Assembly: GCA_965219995.1 (NCBI GenBank)
Contig: CBDCOX010000002.1
Coordinates: forward strand, 3,392,001 to 3,456,000
Reading direction: 5' to 3'
Length of the DNA stretch: 64,000 nucleotides
Source: Candidatus Latescibacterota bacterium
GTDB lineage: Bacteria > Latescibacterota > UBA2968 > GCA-2709665
The translations under genes and the position numbers were made by a program. This document shows positions 1 through 10,700 of the stretch, piece after piece (the first letter of the stretch is position 1; each line of letters opens with the position of its first letter). The notes below the pieces were generated by a model, which saw only the letters and a program-made list of their open reading frames with translations, was not told the origin of the DNA and made no database searches.

Positions 1-324
1 GGTGGACGAGAACTTGGAAAACACCACGGGCTCGGACGGAATGGGCATATTGCTTTCCGCGGCGTGGTCCGCGTAGTTGAGGCCGATGCAGAGGATCTTT
101 TCCGGGTTCTGGATGGGCGCCACCACGCGGACGGCGCCGGCGTCGATGCCATCGCCCCGCGCTGCCGCCGCTCCCGCCGCGGCCACAGCATCCGGCCCCG
201 CCTCCAGCAGACCGACCATGTCCGATGGAATGCCGGGATCGACGCGGCTCACGTCCACGATCGTGTCTCCCGACCGGACGCCCACGCGTCGCGATCCCTG
301 GTGTTCGAAAGTGAGCAATCTCAT
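1..324 (-). CDS. Fumarylacetoacetate hydrolase family protein, 5' part (runs off window start)
   Basis: Manual translation from ATG at 324: MRLLTFEHQGSRRVGV...APIQNPEKILCIGLNYADHAAESNMPIPSEPVVFSKF; KILCIGLNYxDH is the FAH-family signature. Not in the ORF track. Confidence 0.88.
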   Translation of the reverse strand, partial: MRLLTFEHQGSRRVGVRSGDTIVDVSRVDPGIPSDMVGLLEAGPDAVAAAGAAAARGDGIDAGAVRVVAPIQNPEKILCIGLNYADHAAESNMPIPSEPVVFSKFSST

Positions 325-454
325 ATGACGGTACCCTTTCCTGAACGGGATGACGTTGTCCTGCGGAACAGGTCGCGAAGGATAACATGCGGGCCGAAAC
401 CTGTCAAGGGATAAGCACGACGAGACGGGCCGCATCCGGTATTCGAACGATGAG

Positions 455-582
455 TAATCCACGATATTGAAAACTCGAATGACGACAATGTGGAAAACTT
501 AGTCATTGTTTTTATAGTGTTTAAATGAAGCAATCCACAGAATTCCACCAATGGTTGAGATTTGTGGAAAACATGTGCAAGA
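455..582. promoter_or_regulatory. Cluster of DnaA-box-like 9-mers in an AT-rich intergenic stretch
   Basis: TGTGGAAAA at 489-497 and 563-571 (perfect matches to TTWTNCACA on the reverse strand); TGTGCAAGA at 574-582 (1 mismatch); weaker CAATCCACA at 531-539 and TAATCCACG at 455-463. Confidence 0.5.
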
Positions 583-602
583 ACCCGGAGGCACTTCCAA
601 AT

Positions 603-938
603 GCGGTAAGAGGGTAGACGTGAGACGGTAGAGGACATCGTTGCCCGATTGGTTCTTCCTTTATGCCTCTGGCAAGAAATGATATCGCTCGTGGCAGGCA
701 ACAAAACCGGTGAGACGTGAGCCGGTAGACGGGAGAAGACATCCGTGCCGGGTCGGTTCTTGCTTTATGCCACCGGCAAGAAATGAAATCGCATAGGGTA
801 GACAATCTCTCCCCTCTCATCGCTTTTGAGGGGCAGGGGGGAGAAGTCTGCGCATCGCTGATAGATTTCGCAGGTCCGTATCGATATCCGGTCGACGCGG
901 GGTGATCATCTCCCGTCTCCCGTCTCCCCTCTCACCGC
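603..938. repeat. Heptamer-armed modular repeat, locus A (two cores, two right arms)
   Basis: Left arm GCGGTAAGAG-GGTAGAC-GTGAGAC-GGTAGA is inverted to right arm TCTCCC-GTCTCCC-GTCTCCC-CTCTCACCGC; two ~100-bp tandem units; homologous to loci at 36.4, 44.4, 48.6 and 51.4 kb. Confidence 0.9.
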
Positions 939-1092
939 TTTTTGGGGCCGGGGGAGAGGTCTCCGCGCCGGGTCCCGCGACCCAAGATTTCCCTTGCTCC
1001 CCCCCGGCGATTATTCTATATTTCGAAAAATCTGCAATGGGCATTATTGCGCCCTGAAATGCAATATTCCGGCCGATGGAGAATGCTGGCTC

Positions 1093-1674
1093 GTGATTGA
1101 AAAGGTAAAGGACGACGTCGCCGAACTGCTCGAACCCTCCACGCAGTTTCTGGTGAAAAAACGGTTCCGGCCGAACGCGCTGACCCTGGTCGGGTTTCTC
1201 CTGAACCTGGTCGCCGCGGTGCTCTTCGGATTCGATTACATCCGGTGGGCGGGTCTTGTCGTGCTGCTCGCCGGCGTGTTCGATTTTCTGGATGGACAGG
1301 TGGCCCGCGTGGGGCGGAGCGAAACCACGTTCGGCGCGCTTCTGGACTCTACTGTAGACCGTTATTCAGAGATTTTCATCTGGTTTGGCATGGCGGTCAG
1401 CTTCATCAGGTCGGACTCGCTCTGGACCACGTCCGCCGTGTTCTTCGCGCTTGCCGGCTCGTTGATGGTGAGCTATATCCGGGCGCGTGTCGAGGGTCTG
1501 GGCGAAGAATGCAAGGTCGGTTTCATGCAACGGCCCGAAAGGGTTATCGCCATTGGCGTGGGGGCGCTGGTGGGCGAAATCGGGCTTACGGTAGCGATCT
1601 GGGCAATTGCGTTTCTCGCCAACTATACCGCGTTGCACAGGGTTTTGTATTTCCGCAAGCGGTCCCGGGATTGA
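1093..1674 (+). CDS. CDP-alcohol phosphatidyltransferase family protein
   Basis: PNALT...DFLDGQVAR...FGALLDSTVDRY signature and several TM helices; GTG start at 1093 preferred over the ORF-track start at 994. Confidence 0.9.
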   Translation: MIEKVKDDVAELLEPSTQFLVKKRFRPNALTLVGFLLNLVAAVLFGFDYIRWAGLVVLLAGVFDFLDGQVARVGRSETTFGALLDSTVDRYSEIFIWFGMAVSFIRSDSLWTTSAVFFALAGSLMVSYIRARVEGLGEECKVGFMQRPERVIAIGVGALVGEIGLTVAIWAIAFLANYTALHRVLYFRKRSRD

Positions 1675-1730
1675 ACCAATGGCCGGCAGGACTCGCCTGA
1701 ACTGAAAGCAAGCCAGAGGAGCCGCAAGGA

Positions 1731-1759
1731 AAAAGGCGCACAAGGGTGCGCCTTTTTTG
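1731..1759 (+). terminator. Rho-independent terminator
   Basis: AAAAGGCGCAC-AAGG-GTGCGCCTTTTTT downstream of the phosphatidyltransferase gene. Confidence 0.75.
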
Positions 1760-1956
1760 TACGTATCCGCCAGCGGGAATCCGGAAGCGAATCGGTTATG
1801 TGTTCTCTTCCGGATTTTTTATATTTCCGCAGAATGGAGACGCGCCAAAACGGGTCGCCAGGGATAAGAGCCACTCAAAGCACAATAGGCACAGATCGTA
1901 AAACCCAGACACGGATTCCCGCCGAACGGACGGTCGCACAGGGATGGAGGCACGGG

Positions 1957-2820
1957 TTGGAGCCGCCGGACGAACGAACGAACCTTGCATTCTTTACGGA
2001 CCTGGACGGAACGTTGCTGCAAAGCGATCGAAAGGCAAGCGCCAAGAGCCTTGAAACGCTGAAAACGCTGGGGAGAAGGAAAATCCGCAGGGTGGTGGTC
2101 ACGGGCCGGTCGCACATGTCTGCAAGCACCGTCTTGCCCGAGACCTTTCCGATCGATTATCTGATTACCTCGTCGGGGGTTGGGATATTCGACTTCCGGG
2201 AGCAGACGCTGGTGGAGTCCCACTCCCTTTCCAACGGCGCTGTGCGTCGCGTTACGGGATATCTTGTCGACGCCGGATTCGACTTCATGGTTCACGCGCC
2301 GGTTCCGGAGAACCATACATTCGAGTATTGGGAACAGAACGAGGACAATCCCGATTTCTTGCGACGGCGTCAAAACAACGCTGAACACTGTCGCCCGTTG
2401 AATCCCGGCCGCCCCGGAAACGGCCGGGCCTCGCAATTTCTGGTGGTCTGTCCCGTTGAAGCGGACCCCTGGCGCACGCATCACGCGCTCCGTAACGACC
2501 TGAAAGACCTGTCTGTGATCCGCACCACGTCGCCTTCGGACCACCAGTCCACGTGGTTCGAGATTTTTCCGCGGCAGGTTTCCAAGGCCCGGTCCGCCGC
2601 CCGGTTGTGCGAGCGGCTGGGTGCGGATGCCGGGCGCTCGGCGGCTGTGGGCAACGACTACAACGACCTGGATATGTTACAGTGGTGCGGGTTTCCGTAT
2701 GTCGTCCGGAATGCGCCGGAGCCCTTGAGAAAACGGTTCCCGGTGGTTTCCAACCACAACGCGGACGGATTTTCCGAGGCGGTCCGGAGGTGGCTCCACG
2801 AAATTGAGACAGCCGTATAG
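1957..2820 (+). CDS. Cof-type HAD-IIB hydrolase
   Basis: DLDGTLL, VTGRS, SKA and GNDYNDLDML motifs; TTG start with GGAGG upstream. Confidence 0.88.
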   Translation: MEPPDERTNLAFFTDLDGTLLQSDRKASAKSLETLKTLGRRKIRRVVVTGRSHMSASTVLPETFPIDYLITSSGVGIFDFREQTLVESHSLSNGAVRRVTGYLVDAGFDFMVHAPVPENHTFEYWEQNEDNPDFLRRRQNNAEHCRPLNPGRPGNGRASQFLVVCPVEADPWRTHHALRNDLKDLSVIRTTSPSDHQSTWFEIFPRQVSKARSAARLCERLGADAGRSAAVGNDYNDLDMLQWCGFPYVVRNAPEPLRKRFPVVSNHNADGFSEAVRRWLHEIETAV

Positions 2821-2833
2821 AAGAGGACAGACC

Positions 2834-5167
2834 ATGCCTGTCGAACTTACCGAAGCCGACCTGGCCGCCGCATTGCCGGATGTGACCGCCACGCTGCGCC
2901 TGTCCGGCCTGATCGACAGCGTCGCAATCTGTCGCGACCGGTGGGGCATCCCACACGTCCGGGCGGAGAACGAGCACGATCTCTTCTTCGCCCAGGGTTT
3001 CGCCACGGCCCAGGACCGGCTCTGGCATATGGACTACGACCGCCACAGGGCGCTGGGGCGTTGGGCGGAAATCGCCGGGGCGGACGGCGTGGATCAGGAC
3101 CGGCTGTTGCGAACCGCGGGAATGGGACGCACGGCGCGGCTGGACTACGAGGCGGCGGGTACGGCGTCCAGGGCGATGGTGGATGCCTATACCGCGGGCG
3201 TGAATGCGTTTATGGAAACGACGTCGGCGTATCCGGCCGAATACAAACTTCTGGACAGGACGCCGGAGCCGTGGGAGAACTGGCACTGTATTGCCGTCTA
3301 CAAGATGCGCAACACGCTGTTGGGGACATTCGAACCGAAACTCTACCGTACCCGCCTGGCGCTTGCAATCGGCCCCGAGAAGGCAGCGCGTCTGATCAAG
3401 GGGTATCCCGGCGGCCATCTTCTTACCGTGCCCCCCGGCGAGGTCTACCAGGGGCCTGGCGTCGACGGCCTGGAGGAACTCAGCGGGGCCCTGGAAGACG
3501 TCAACTGGCTGAAAGAGACGGATGCCGGATCCAATGCCTGGTCGATCTCCGGCGAGCTGACCCGGTCCGGATTGCCGCTGATGGGAGGAGATTCGCACCG
3601 TGCTCTGGACACGCCCAGCGTATACTATCAGGCCCATCTTTCCTGTCCGGATTTCTCGATTATCGGCTCCTCGGTACCCGGGATGCCCGGAATCCTGCAC
3701 TTCTGCCACAACGCACACGTGGGCTGGGGGATGACCTACGGCAACGCCGACACCCAGGACCTGTTCGTTGAGCGGTTCCGGGAGCGGGACGGCGGGCGGG
3801 AGTATCAATTCAGGGAGACGTGGAGGCCGGCCGATGTCCTGCAGGAGACCATCGCGGTCCGGAACGCGGCGCCGGTGGAGATCGAAGTGACCCTCACGCA
3901 TCACGGCCCTGTCATCGCGGGAAATCCCGCGGCGGGTTACGGCATTGCAATCAGCGATCCCGGCCTGATACAGGGCACGCCATGGCTGGATGCCGCACGC
4001 GACGCGATGCGCGCGACCACCGTCCATGAACTGCACGATGCATTCAGGAACTGGACGGATCGGGTCAACAACTACGCGGTCGTGGACGTCCGGGGCAATT
4101 TCGGATATCTGCACGAGGGAAAGATCCCCATTCGCACGGAGGCCAACGGCTGGCGGGCCGTGCCGGGGTGGACCGGGGAATACGAGTGGCAGGGGTATAT
4201 CCCTCACGACGACCTGCCGCGAGCGATCTGTCCGAGGGCCGGGTACGCCGTGACGTGCAACCAGCGCGTGGCCGGATATGCCTACCCGTACTACGTGGGT
4301 CTGAACTTCAGCCCGGAATATCGTGCCAGGCGGCTTCAACTGGACATACTGGACCTGAATCCGTGGGGGGCGTCGGTGGACGATATGGCGCGGATGCACG
4401 CCGACCGGACTTCCATTCCGGCTGAAATCTTCACCGGGGCGCTCCTTGGGATACAGCCTCGGGACACGGCGTCCGAGCGGGCGCTGGCGCTCCTGCGGGA
4501 GTGGGACCATCGCATGGACCGCGATCTTCCGCAGCCGACGATCTACTCGCAGACCCGCCTGCGCGCCACCCGGACGCTTGTGGAGCACCTGCTGGGCGAT
4601 ATGGCGGCTCCTGCGCTGGAGGGGGCTTCAGGAGCGGAAGCGCATATCCGTCTGGTCGTTCTGGAGATGATCCTGGGGATCGAGCGCGGCGACGAATCGA
4701 TGTTACCGGCCGGGCGCACCTGGGGCGAACTGTTGGCGGAGAGCCTGAAACAGGCCGTCGCGGACCTCGAGGACCGGCTTGGTGAGGACATGACGGATTG
4801 GCGGTGGGGCCGCGTCCACCATACACGTCCGAGACACCCGCTCTCGACGGTTTTTCCGGAATGCGCAAGGCTTCTGGATCCGCCAGGCCTGCCGACGCAC
4901 GGAGACGGAGACGTGCCGCTTGCAGGCGGCTATGACGTGAGCGAACCCTTTGTTGCGACGGGGATGTCGGTCAACCGGTACATTCACGATCCGTCGGACT
5001 GGAACAACTCCCGATGGATCGTGCCGCTTGGGGCCTCGGGGCATCCCGGCAGCGCTCATTATGCGGACCAGGCGCAACTCTGGGCCGACGTGGGGTATAT
5101 CCCTCAACTGTGGGAATGGGATACGATTGTCTCCGAGGCGGAGACAAGACAGGAATTGAGACCGTAG
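2834..5167 (+). CDS. Penicillin acylase family (S45) Ntn-hydrolase
   Basis: RDRWGIPHV...AQGFATAQDRLWHM, GSNAW nucleophile motif, GASGHPGSAHYADQ C-terminal motif. Confidence 0.93.
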   Translation: MPVELTEADLAAALPDVTATLRLSGLIDSVAICRDRWGIPHVRAENEHDLFFAQGFATAQDRLWHMDYDRHRALGRWAEIAGADGVDQDRLLRTAGMGRTARLDYEAAGTASRAMVDAYTAGVNAFMETTSAYPAEYKLLDRTPEPWENWHCIAVYKMRNTLLGTFEPKLYRTRLALAIGPEKAARLIKGYPGGHLLTVPPGEVYQGPGVDGLEELSGALEDVNWLKETDAGSNAWSISGELTRSGLPLMGGDSHRALDTPSVYYQAHLSCPDFSIIGSSVPGMPGILHFCHNAHVGWGMTYGNADTQDLFVERFRERDGGREYQFRETWRPADVLQETIAVRNAAPVEIEVTLTHHGPVIAGNPAAGYGIAISDPGLIQGTPWLDAARDAMRATTVHELHDAFRNWTDRVNNYAVVDVRGNFGYLHEGKIPIRTEANGWRAVPGWTGEYEWQGYIPHDDLPRAICPRAGYAVTCNQRVAGYAYPYYVGLNFSPEYRARRLQLDILDLNPWGASVDDMARMHADRTSIPAEIFTGALLGIQPRDTASERALALLREWDHRMDRDLPQPTIYSQTRLRATRTLVEHLLGDMAAPALEGASGAEAHIRLVVLEMILGIERGDESMLPAGRTWGELLAESLKQAVADLEDRLGEDMTDWRWGRVHHTRPRHPLSTVFPECARLLDPPGLPTHGDGDVPLAGGYDVSEPFVATGMSVNRYIHDPSDWNNSRWIVPLGASGHPGSAHYADQAQLWADVGYIPQLWEWDTIVSEAETRQELRP

Positions 5168-5332
5168 CCGGCCGGCGTCACCACCATCCGGGGGATCCCG
5201 CTTACGGCTCCATGATGTCCATCAAGCGCCTGGTAACGCGCGTATATTGCACATCGACGCCTGACGACTGTTTCTCTTGAATGCTGGTAATCGATTCCTA
5301 TCTAACTACCTATTTTTCTTTTTTTTATCTTC

Positions 5333-5870
5333 GTCCTTTTTCTTGTACGCCCAAGAAAAAGGACCAAAAAGAACGGCGCCGCTCAAACGCCGCGGGGCTG
5401 CTTTTCCGCGAACCGCCTTCAAGGAGAAAACGTGCCCCGTTGCCCTGAAACCCTCGCAGGCGTTCCCAGACTTTCGTGGTGGACGGACTCGCGCGGAAAA
5501 GCCCCTTCCACGCCACCGGGCGGACAGAAGGGCGTCTAGAGGAGTTATCCACGCGGATTCGTTTTGGCTCCGCAGTTAGGTTTTTCGGTTTGTCTTTGGT
5601 TGGGGCTGACTGCTAACAGCGGATAGCTGTTTGCTCCTCGCTCACAGAAAACGAAGTTAAACACGTCTGAATAGCCCATCGAGAGGACTTCCAGAGCAGA
5701 GCGCGCTGATCCGTCCAGCAACGCGCACCGATCTGCCACTGAGGGTGTCAGGGCAGAGGGTTATGTGCATCCTGTGAGTGTGTTCGCGCTGTGCATATAG
5801 CAGGCCCCGCGCCCAGCGGCGACTTTTGGTTCCTTTTGGTCGCTTCAAAAGGAACCCGCCGGAGGCAGGG
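5333..5870. repeat. Structured non-coding element with hairpin ends; contains copy 1 (5691-5815) of a 125-bp dispersed repeat
   Basis: Terminal hairpins GTCCTTTTTCTTG..CAAGAAAAAGGAC and GTTCCTTTTG..CAAAAGGAAC; 5691-5815 aligns without gaps to 44302-44426. Confidence 0.7.
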
Positions 5871-5973
5871 AATTTGGGGAAAAGGGGATTTTGAATTTGA
5901 CTTTAGTCTGTTGGTTCAAGCTGAACGCTGATATCTGCTTTTGCCGACAACTACCCGCGAGAGGAGATTCGAA

Positions 5974-6309
5974 ATGGTACAAATCGTAAAACCGGACCAG
6001 AGGGACATGAAGCTGTACGACGCGCCGGGCGCAAAGGTGCAGGTGTCCGACCCCATTCTGGGAAAGGACGACTGCCTCGCGGCGGGATTCACGGAATATC
6101 TGGAACCGAGCCGTCTGGAGTGGACATTCGACTACAATGAGGTCTTCTTCATGCTGGAAGGCGCGCTGGAAGTTCACGCGGAGGGGCAGGAGCCGGTGTC
6201 CTTCGAGGTCGGCGATCTGGGCTATATCGAAAAGGACACGACCACCGTAATCACGGTACCGGAGGGCGCGCTGCTGCTGCACGTTACCCAGCCGGCGTGG
6301 CGGGAATGA
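5974..6309 (+). CDS. Cupin domain protein (EutQ-like)
   Basis: LEWTFDYNEVFFMLEGAL...GDLGYIEKD cupin pattern; GAGGAG RBS. Confidence 0.8.
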   Translation: MVQIVKPDQRDMKLYDAPGAKVQVSDPILGKDDCLAAGFTEYLEPSRLEWTFDYNEVFFMLEGALEVHAEGQEPVSFEVGDLGYIEKDTTTVITVPEGALLLHVTQPAWRE

Positions 6310-6336
6310 AGGAGGACGGGACGCCGCGGGAAGCGT

Positions 6337-7398
6337 TCAATTGAACGCGGGCGCGACGTGGTCGGAGAACATGCGCAGTGACTTGCAGACCAGGTCGGGA
6401 TGCAGGTCGCCGATGCGGGTCCACCCCATAAAGTTCTGCAGTCCCGTGTGTTTCCGGATCCAGCTGATTTTGTCGGCGGCAAAGTCGGGATCGCCCACGA
6501 TGGCGTGTTCCGCCAGGATCTCGTCGAAGCTGATGTTGGAAAACTTCTGTTTCAGCTCCTGGTAGAATTCCATCTGTCCGGGTGGCGCGATTTCGGGCGG
6601 CGGCGCGATCACCTCGGCCAGCAGGGTGCGGAAGTACCACATGAGCTGGTCGTGACATTCCTCACGGGCCTTTTCGGTGGTTTCGGCAACGTACAGGAAC
6701 CTCGCCAGGGGGAAGTCCAGTTTGCCCGACATCCCGCACGCATCCGCCGTCTTGTGGTACGCCTCGTAGAGTTCGAACACCTGCTCGTAGGGATGCAGGA
6801 ACGAAGTCAGGACGTTATAGCCGTTCTTGATGACCCACTCGTAGGTCGAAGGACTCACCGCCGCCACGTAAACCGGCGGGTGCGGTTGCTGTACGGGTTT
6901 CGGGATCACGTTGACCTTCCGGACCTTGTGGAACCTGCCGTCGTATTCCACGGGGCCCGTCCAGGCCTTCAGGATGATCTCCAGTTCTTCCTGAAAGCGG
7001 TCCCGGCTTTCCTCCAGGTCGATTCCCCAGTTGTGAAACTCCTCGAGCTGATAGCCGCGCCCCACGCCGAAGAGGAGCCTTCCCCTGGACATGATATCCA
7101 CGGTGGCGAAATCTTCCGCCACGATGACCGGGTTGTGGAAGGGCAGCACGACGACCGCGGTGCCGATTTTAATGCGTTCCGTAATGGCCGAGGCGTACGC
7201 GGCCATCGTATGGATAGACGGGGTGATCGAGTAATAATTCGCGCCTGGCGCTTTGTGGTCGAAGTGGTGTTCGGCCAGCCAGATGGCGTCCCAGCCGGTC
7301 TCGTCCATGAGCTTGAACTGTTCGAATGCTTCGTGGTAGACCTGCGCGTGATCTTTGCCGGGCGGGGTTTCCAGCAGATAGAACTGACCGAATTGCAT
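6337..7398 (-). CDS. LLM class flavin-dependent oxidoreductase (luciferase-like monooxygenase)
   Basis: IWLAEHHF, IGTAVVVLPFHNPVIVAED, GRLLFGVGRGY, PKPVQQPHPPVY motifs. Confidence 0.93.
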   Translation of the reverse strand: MQFGQFYLLETPPGKDHAQVYHEAFEQFKLMDETGWDAIWLAEHHFDHKAPGANYYSITPSIHTMAAYASAITERIKIGTAVVVLPFHNPVIVAEDFATVDIMSRGRLLFGVGRGYQLEEFHNWGIDLEESRDRFQEELEIILKAWTGPVEYDGRFHKVRKVNVIPKPVQQPHPPVYVAAVSPSTYEWVIKNGYNVLTSFLHPYEQVFELYEAYHKTADACGMSGKLDFPLARFLYVAETTEKAREECHDQLMWYFRTLLAEVIAPPPEIAPPGQMEFYQELKQKFSNISFDEILAEHAIVGDPDFAADKISWIRKHTGLQNFMGWTRIGDLHPDLVCKSLRMFSDHVAPAFN

Positions 7399-7418
7399 CG
7401 GGAGTCTCCTGAGTGTAT

Positions 7419-7582
7419 AGTGTCCTGCCCCGAAAATATCTTACCTTTCGGCCGCCGATTCATCCCGTCTCGCGGCGTTGCCCTCGCTCGCCGACCTTGC
7501 CCAGGTCGCCTCACTCAGGCGCCTTGCGAGCCGGGCGACTCGACGCCAGAATTTAGGCAACCTATTTCCGGGACCGGACACT
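7419..7582. mobile_element. 164-bp MITE-like element with Correia-like features
   Basis: TIRs AGTGTCCTGCCCCGAAAATA and (reverse complement) AGTGTCCGGTCCCGGAAATA, 17/20 identical; left end reads TATAGTG; nested internal inverted repeats; no ORF. Confidence 0.7.
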
Positions 7583-7748
7583 GGATCGAAGTGCCGGTTT
7601 CCGGCGATTAAGTTATGGATCGTACTAATGATGTCAAGCGGTTTTGCGGGTCGACGCCGCAGGAGGATTCGCCATTGGCGGGAGCGCCGACGGCTCCGTG
7701 TGTGCCGGTTGGTGAGGGATTCCGCAATGGACCAGGGAGGATCGGGAA

Positions 7749-10700
7749 ATGACGCCCAATCGAATTGAACGCTGCATGCTGTTCGTGATTGGCATTCTGA
7801 TTTCCGGTTGTGCTTCGAAACGGAACGAGACGGGAACGATAACCTATTCGCGGGAAACGGCCAGGCTGGTCAGCCACGCGACGTCCGACATGATCCGCGC
7901 CGGCGATGACATCCGCGTACGGTTCGTGTCGCCCGTCGTGTCCGGAAACCAGGTCGGACAGAGGCTCGAAGAGACCGTATTCACCTTTGTGCCGCACATC
8001 GATGGAAATGCCCGCTGGGCGGACGGGCGCACCCTCCTCTTCAAGCCCGACGCGCCGCTCCCGTTCAGGCAGCGTTACAGGGGGACCCTGGATCTTGCCG
8101 CCCTGTTTCCGCGTCGAGCAAATCTGCGGCCGCTGGAATTCGCGTTTCACGTCGCCGGCCGGGAGATTGTTTCGTTGAACGCGGATTTCGAGGTGATCGA
8201 GAAAGATGATCCACGAAGGGTGGTATATAAAGGCCGTGTCGTATTCAGCGAGAAAACCCCGCTCGAACAGGTGCGGCAGGCTGCCCGGTTGTCGATGTAT
8301 TATGGCCGGAAATCGCTTTCTCTTGCCTGGACGGCGGACGCGGAGGGGAAGGTCTTCTCATTTGTATCCGAACCGATCGAACGAAGCAAAACAACGAGAG
8401 TGCTCCGTTTCAACCTCGAAAAGGAGGCGCTGGCGATTTCGCGGGACTACGTGGAAAAGAGGAGGCTGACGCCCGTAACGGAAATGAAGATCGTCAAAGT
8501 CGAAGGTCGAGGGGAGGGACGGCAGCCCGGCCTCGCGGTCGAATTGACGGACGTACCGGACCCCCGCCAGGATCTCCAGGGGCTGATTGCCGTGCACCCG
8601 CCGATGGACGTCCGGATCAGGGCGGTGGGAAGAAAAATCCACGTGAGCGGCGAGTTTGAGCACGGCAGGCACTATACCCTCACCGTCCATCCGGGCATTC
8701 GCAGCCGATGGGGCGCGGCGACGGCCACGGAACGTACCGAAACGATCCAGATACCTGATCTGAAACCCCGGATTCGATTCTCCGAAGACGGGATGATTCT
8801 GCCGACGATCAACCGACAGCGCGTGCGGTTCCGGACGGTGAACGTGAGCCGCGTCAGGCTGGGGATCAAACAGGTCTTCGACTCGAATCTGGGCCAGTTC
8901 CTGCAGACGCAGAGCCTGAAGAGCGGCGGCGACCGCCGGCGGGATTTCTCTTCCTGGGAGGTCAACCGCGTCGGCGTGGGGCTGGTGGATACGGTCCTGG
9001 AGACCGGCACGGTCCGCAACCGGTGGCTGCAGCACGAACTGGATCTGAACGAGTTGCTCGATCCGTCCGAGAAAGGGCCGCTTCTGATCAGTCTAAGCTT
9101 CAAACACATCGATATGCTTTACGGCGCACCGGGCGAGGCCGAGGAAGCGCGAAAGCAGTGGCGGTGGAACCGTGGAAATTACGACTACCGCAGCCATCCC
9201 TTCTCGCCCGGATACGTCCGCCGCTACGGAAGGGCATTCAAGCCGGTTATCGTCAGCGATATCGGGCTGACGTACAAGAAGGCGCACCGCCAGCACATCG
9301 TTTATGCGCGGAATGTCAGCAACGCGGCGCCGATGGCCGGGGTGGCGGTCACGTTGCGCACCTTCCAGAACCAGGTGGCCGGACGGGGCGTGACCGACAG
9401 GCACGGCGAGGCGGCGATTTCTGGTGGAGAGCGGGACGTCTTTTATGTCGAAGCCGAAAAAGACGGTCAGAAGAGCATCATCAAGTGCAACGAAATGGCC
9501 TGGAACCTGTCCACGTTCGATACCGGGGGCGCCGCTGCGCAGCCGGACGGCGTCCGGGCGTTCATCTACACCGAACGGGGCGTTTATCGACCCGGCGACG
9601 AGATCCATCTTTCGCTGATCGCGCGCAATTCCGAACAGACCTTTCCCGAGAACCACCCTGTTACGCTGAAGCTCTATAACCCGCGAAATCAACTGGTGCT
9701 GGAGCGGACCGCCCGTGATGGAAAGGATGGATTCTACGTTTTCAGCTTCAAAACAGAGCCCAACGATCCAACGGGTAACTGGCGGGCGCGTCTGGAAGTG
9801 GGAAGCCGGACGTTCGACCATACGGTGAAGGTCGAGACGGTGGCCCCCTATCGGTTGAGGGTCCGGATCGAGCCCGAAAAGCAGAATTTGACGGCTGAGG
9901 ACGACGAACTTCGACTCGGGCTCCTGAGTACCTATCTGTTCGGCAATCCGGCCGTCGGGCTGGATGCCGAGGTCACGGCCGAACTCCGGCATTCAGCGAA
10001 ACAGTTTTCCGGCTATCCGGAGTTCAGCTTCACCAACGAAGGTGTGACCCATAAGCCGGTGCGCACCAGCATCTTCAAGGGCAGACTCGACACGCTGGGG
10101 CGTGCGCGCGTGCGCTGGCGGCTGCCCCAACTTGACGGGACGCCGTCTGCGATCCAGGTCGTGATCAATGCCACGGTGCTGGAGAGAGGAGGCCGTCCCA
10201 ACCGCAGCCGCGAATCCCTGGCGCTGGATCCGTACGGCCGCTACGTCGGGGTGCGAAAACCGCAGTTCGACTACGGATATGCCCGGATGGGGTCCGCGGT
10301 GGAGATTCCGGTTGTACTCGTAACCCCTGAGGGAGAGGCAGCGGCGGGTCTGCCGCTCGAATACCGCATTTACAGAAGTACGGCGCACTGGTGGTGGGAA
10401 TACGAGTCCCGCGATCAGTTCCGCCTCAGGTTCAAGAAGGACCAGTATACGGAACAGATCGACAGCGGCTCGCTGTTCTCGAAGACAACGCCCGTGCCGT
10501 TGGTGTTTACACCCGACCAGCGGGGCGAGTATCTGATAGAAGTCCAGGATGCCGCGGGGCATACCGCCGCATTCTTCATACGCGCCTATCCGTGGGGCGA
10601 AGCGCAGGCCGATCCCGAAACAGCCGGCATGCTGGCGCTCAGGACCGACAGGAAGTCCTATGCCCCCGGCGATTCCGCGATTGTGACGTTTCCCGCGCCG

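Noticed and set aside
321-820. ORFs over the repeat loci (also 36156-36733, 48606-48803, 51163-51492) with SSTVSRL-like peptides
   Set aside because: These are translations of the heptamer repeats with inconsistent frames, starts and stops between copies
603-938. Tandem ~100-bp units as a CRISPR array
   Set aside because: At most two units per locus, the intervening sequences are homologous rather than unique spacers, repeats are degenerate, and no cas genes are present
2285-4588. Long antisense ORFs (767 aa here; also 10776-12353, 14238-15755, 34535-36139, 41797-43857, 53703-55109)
   Set aside because: Shadow frames of well-supported genes in high-GC DNA; no motifs and biased composition
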